In this document: piece after piece, positions 60,786 through 64,000 of the stretch
Position numbering within the stretch: position 1 is the first letter of the stretch
How the letters are laid out: the number at the start of each line of letters is the position of its first letter
From: Spirochaetia bacterium
GTDB taxonomy: Bacteria; Spirochaetota; Spirochaetia; UBA9216
DNA: 64,000 bases
Direction of reading: 5' to 3'
NCBI GenBank assembly: GCA_963677925.2
Contig: CAXXYH010000004.1
Coordinates: 1,120,001-1,184,000 of the forward strand
Program-made: the position numbers and the translations under genes
The notes under the pieces: generated by a model
What the model was told of the DNA's origin: nothing
The model's database searches: none
Seen by the model: only the letters and a program-made list of their open reading frames with translations

Positions 60786-62480
60786 ATGTCAGGACCATAT
60801 GTAATAGTCGGCGGATCAGCTGCCGGCCCGAAGGCCGCTTCCAAGATCAGGAGAATGGACCCTGAAGCGGAAATAGTAATGATTCAGAAAGGAAATTTTC
60901 TTTCAATGGCATCATGCGGTTACCCGTATTTTGTCGGCGGAGTATTCGACGATCCGGGCCAGCTTATTGCAACGCCTACCGGAGTTCCCAGAGATCCGGG
61001 ATTTTTTATGAATGTGAAGAACATCAGGGCCATTACCGGAACCGAAGTTACCGATATTGACCGGAAGGCAAAAAAGCTCAGAATGATGAATGTTACCACC
61101 GGAGTTGAATCTACACAGGAGTATTCGAAACTTTTTCTTGCTACCGGAGCAAATCCGGTTGTTCCGCCTCTGCCCGGGAAGGAGCTTGAGGGGGTTACAA
61201 CACTTCAGAGCATGGAAGATGCAATGTATCTCAAAAAGCGTCTGAATGAAGGCAGCCTGAAAAAAGCTGTTATCGTCGGCGGCGGTTTGATCGGTATAGA
61301 AACATGTGAAGCCCTGGAACTTGCCGGAGTAGAGATAACTGTGGTTGAGATGATGGATCAGATTCTATCCTTCCTTGACTGGGAAATGGCAAAGCATGTT
61401 GAAAACCACATAAAAACAAAGGGCAGTGAGGTTATAACAGGAATCGGTGTTTCAGAGTTTCTTGGAGATGACGGAAAATTAACCGGTGTAAAACTGTCAA
61501 ACGGTGAGGAGCTTGAATGCGATCTTGCTGTTGTTTCAATCGGTGTACGGCCTAACTCTGCACTTGCTGCATCCGCCGGCCTTGAAGTAGGGCTTCGGGG
61601 CGGAATATCAGTTAATTCTTTCATGCAGACCTCTGATCCTGACATTTATGCCGGCGGCGACTGTGTTGAGGTGACAAACCTGGTTACGCATAACAAGTCG
61701 CACTGGCCGATGGGCGACGCGGCAAACCTTCAGGGCAGGGTGGCCGCCCAGAACATGGTGCTTGGAAACAATGCTGAATACAAGGGAATGATCGGTACCG
61801 GTATCTGCAAGGTTTTTGACTACACAGCCGGAAGCTCCGGCCTTTCTGTGAGTCAGGCGAAAAAACTCGGCTACTCAAACATCCTCACAGCCATTCAGGC
61901 TTCACCCGATAAGCCGGGATTCATGGGAGCGCTTCCTGTAATTATCAAGCTTGTTGCTGATAAGACAACCGGAAAGCTGCTTGGAATTCAGGCCGTGGGA
62001 ACCGGCGATGTTTCCAAGCGTATTTCAACGGGCGCCATGGCTATTCAGGCAGGGATGTGCGTGCATGATCTGGTCAATCTGGATCTTCCCTATGCACCGC
62101 CTTTCTCACCGGCAATCGATAACTTTATAGCGGCGGCCCATGTTCTTCAGAATAAATTTCTGGGCAGGATGACTGGCATCTCCGCCACAGAAGTTTATGA
62201 ACGCAGAAATGCAGGAGAAAAACTATACCTGCTCGACGTGAGAGGTCCCGATGAGTTTGAGCAGATGCGCCTGGGAATAGGCGAGACCCTTCTGCCGCTT
62301 GGAATGATCAGAAAGAAGGCTGATAGTCTCCCGAAAGATAAAAACCAGGAGATTATCCTCTACTGCAAGATTTCTCTGAGAGGTTATGAGGGAGCATGCA
62401 TACTTAAGGGGCTTGGATACACCAACGTAAAGGTTCTTGAAGGCGGTGTGATCGGATGGCCTTATCCGAGAGAAAAATAA
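60786..62480 (+). CDS. CoA-disulfide reductase/NADH oxidase with a C-terminal rhodanese domain
   Basis: GGSAAG, SCGYP, ATGA, GGGLIG, YAPPFS, LDVR and YCKISLRG; RBS ggagg. Confidence 0.92.
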   Translation: MSGPYVIVGGSAAGPKAASKIRRMDPEAEIVMIQKGNFLSMASCGYPYFVGGVFDDPGQLIATPTGVPRDPGFFMNVKNIRAITGTEVTDIDRKAKKLRMMNVTTGVESTQEYSKLFLATGANPVVPPLPGKELEGVTTLQSMEDAMYLKKRLNEGSLKKAVIVGGGLIGIETCEALELAGVEITVVEMMDQILSFLDWEMAKHVENHIKTKGSEVITGIGVSEFLGDDGKLTGVKLSNGEELECDLAVVSIGVRPNSALAASAGLEVGLRGGISVNSFMQTSDPDIYAGGDCVEVTNLVTHNKSHWPMGDAANLQGRVAAQNMVLGNNAEYKGMIGTGICKVFDYTAGSSGLSVSQAKKLGYSNILTAIQASPDKPGFMGALPVIIKLVADKTTGKLLGIQAVGTGDVSKRISTGAMAIQAGMCVHDLVNLDLPYAPPFSPAIDNFIAAAHVLQNKFLGRMTGISATEVYERRNAGEKLYLLDVRGPDEFEQMRLGIGETLLPLGMIRKKADSLPKDKNQEIILYCKISLRGYEGACILKGLGYTNVKVLEGGVIGWPYPREK

Positions 62481-62534
62481 AAGCTGTTTTTGATTAAATG
62501 CAGGGCTGAGACGGTTTCTTCCTCTCAGCCTTTT

Positions 62535-63506
62535 TTAATCTGTTATGGAGTTTACACGTATCATCAGCTGCAGTTTTCCCGAGACTTTCATCTTCTTGTA
62601 TATGTTCTGCAGATGAGTTTTAACCGTGTTGACGGAAATGAACAGTTTATCAGCAATGTTCTTGTGATCCTCTCCCTGTATAACCAGGTTGAGTACATCT
62701 TTTTCCCTGTCTGAAATACCGAACTTTTCACATATATGATCAAGGCGGTCGCTGTTTTGTATTTCCGATGCTTCCTTTGTTCCGGGTTTAGCCCTGAAAT
62801 CAAGAAAACTGATAATTACAAGAGGCATTATGGCTAAGTAGGAAAAACGTACATAAGCCTGAGCACTGCTGTTGGCAAGGACAATAATGTCAACGAGCGA
62901 CAGTATCAGATATGGAGCCAGAATTATCAGGCCTTTAAGGTTTTCCTTTTTCTTTTCGGGATCCTTTGTAACAAGGAAGGTTATAAAAAGGGTAACAGCC
63001 TGTGACCCGGCAACAAGACATGCAAGCGGGAATATGAACCCGTCTGTTACAGCTCCGGCGTTGAGGAACAGCTGGTCGGAAGCCTGTCTTTTAATAATTA
63101 TCAGGAAAATAAGCAGAAGAACAAAGATTACAAGAATAAATAGAAGTACAAGCTTGTTTCGGCGTTTGACCTGAATAGGCAGGAAATGCACTGTAAGGTG
63201 GTTTATTCCGTAAAGCATTATTGCAATAAGAGCCAGTTTGAAGAACGCGAATACAAGACTCCAGTAAGTATCATCATTAAAAAGTTTGAGACTGCTGTCG
63301 GCAAAGACTATATTGGCAAGCTGAAGGTAGTTTCCCAACAGTATTCCTGCTATGTATACAATTGTTGCGCTGCTTACAATCATAGTCCAGAAAAGTCTGG
63401 GGTGCTGTTGTCTTCTCCATGAGTTGATGCTTGAAATAATCACTGCGAACAATGTGGAAAAGATCAGTACTAAGGCTATGTCATAAATCATTCTGGTCTG
63501 GATCAT
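62535..63506 (-). CDS. Membrane-bound LuxR-family regulator
   Basis: Multiple TM segments plus ISDREKDV...IADKLFISVNTVKTHLQNIYKK. Confidence 0.9.
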   Translation of the reverse strand: MIQTRMIYDIALVLIFSTLFAVIISSINSWRRQQHPRLFWTMIVSSATIVYIAGILLGNYLQLANIVFADSSLKLFNDDTYWSLVFAFFKLALIAIMLYGINHLTVHFLPIQVKRRNKLVLLFILVIFVLLLIFLIIIKRQASDQLFLNAGAVTDGFIFPLACLVAGSQAVTLFITFLVTKDPEKKKENLKGLIILAPYLILSLVDIIVLANSSAQAYVRFSYLAIMPLVIISFLDFRAKPGTKEASEIQNSDRLDHICEKFGISDREKDVLNLVIQGEDHKNIADKLFISVNTVKTHLQNIYKKMKVSGKLQLMIRVNSITD

Positions 63507-63628
63507 GTACCCCCATTCTACAGTCTGAGTTATGCTTAGTCTACAATTGTATTGAAGAAATAATAGTGAATACAATATATAAAGTATGTTATTATTGAAT
63601 GCAGTCTATCAAAAAGGCGGATTTATAA

Positions 63629-64000
63629 ATGAATTTTCTTATCAAGCCTCTGGCGAAGCTTATTGCAGCTCTTAATTCAAACTCAAAACCTCAGTCTGTA
63701 GCCGCTGCGGTATCATTCGCGCTCCTTCTTGCAATGATGCCCGCATTTAACCTGACCTGGCTCTGCCTGTTTATTATCACAATGCTGTTCAGAATCAACT
63801 ATGGTCTGGAGTTTGCATTTCTAATACTGTTCAAGCTGATTATTCCCCTTGCAGATCCGCTTATTGAACCTGTCGGATGGAAGATAATGAATATTCCCGC
63901 TGTCTCGGCTCTTATATATGACTCGCTTGATATCCCGGTACTGATTCTTTTTGATTTTAATAATTCACTGCTTATCGGAGGCTTCGCCGCCGGTCTTGCG
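63629..64000 (+). CDS. TIGR03546-like membrane protein, 3'-truncated by the window edge
   Basis: Manual translation MNFLIKPLAKLIAALNSNSKP...FNNSLLIGG. Confidence 0.7.
   Translation, partial: MNFLIKPLAKLIAALNSNSKPQSVAAAVSFALLLAMMPAFNLTWLCLFIITMLFRINYGLEFAFLILFKLIIPLADPLIEPVGWKIMNIPAVSALIYDSLDIPVLILFDFNNSLLIGGFAAGLA

Noticed and set aside
47160-64000. Novel system in the right flank
   Set aside because: All genes belong to familiar housekeeping or metabolic families in ordinary arrangements; no unusual repeats were seen.

Overview
Bacterial chromosome segment whose housekeeping genes and lipoprotein signal peptides suggest a free-living spirochaete; the taxon is inferred, not verified. Left flank (1-18.0 kb): 3' end of groEL, a sensor kinase and periplasmic binding protein, a Thr T-box with thrS, an M32 carboxypeptidase, an IclR-lgoD-uxaB-uxaA sugar-acid cluster, pgsA and a HAD hydrolase. 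Right flank (about 47-64 kb): MCP, rlmKL, udk, TetR-paaK-ACT, glycerate kinase, CoA-disulfide reductase-rhodanese and LuxR. The centre is an AT-rich integron-like island. A tyrosine recombinase (18043-19116) is followed on the same strand by 22 attC-like-delimited cassettes plus a degenerate 23rd, then a tail of small accessory genes with no attC sites. Four features are non-canonical. (1) The recombinase lacks the IntI-specific insertion and carries an extra N-terminal domain resembling HARP. (2) Every cassette is bracketed by its own co-varying inverted repeat of about 12-24 bp, and most by a pair of TCC-loop hairpins. (3) The attC-like cores are branched, fold better on the bottom strand and are capped by GNA mini-hairpins; four of them contain a second, canonical-looking attC nested inside. 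(4) Two tandem ORF-less cassettes are long folded palindromes. Cargo includes a Shedu-like nuclease, a HEPN-motif protein, five consecutive toxin-antitoxin cassettes and several GNAT, methyltransferase and lipoprotein genes. All annotations come from reading the sequence; no searches were run.
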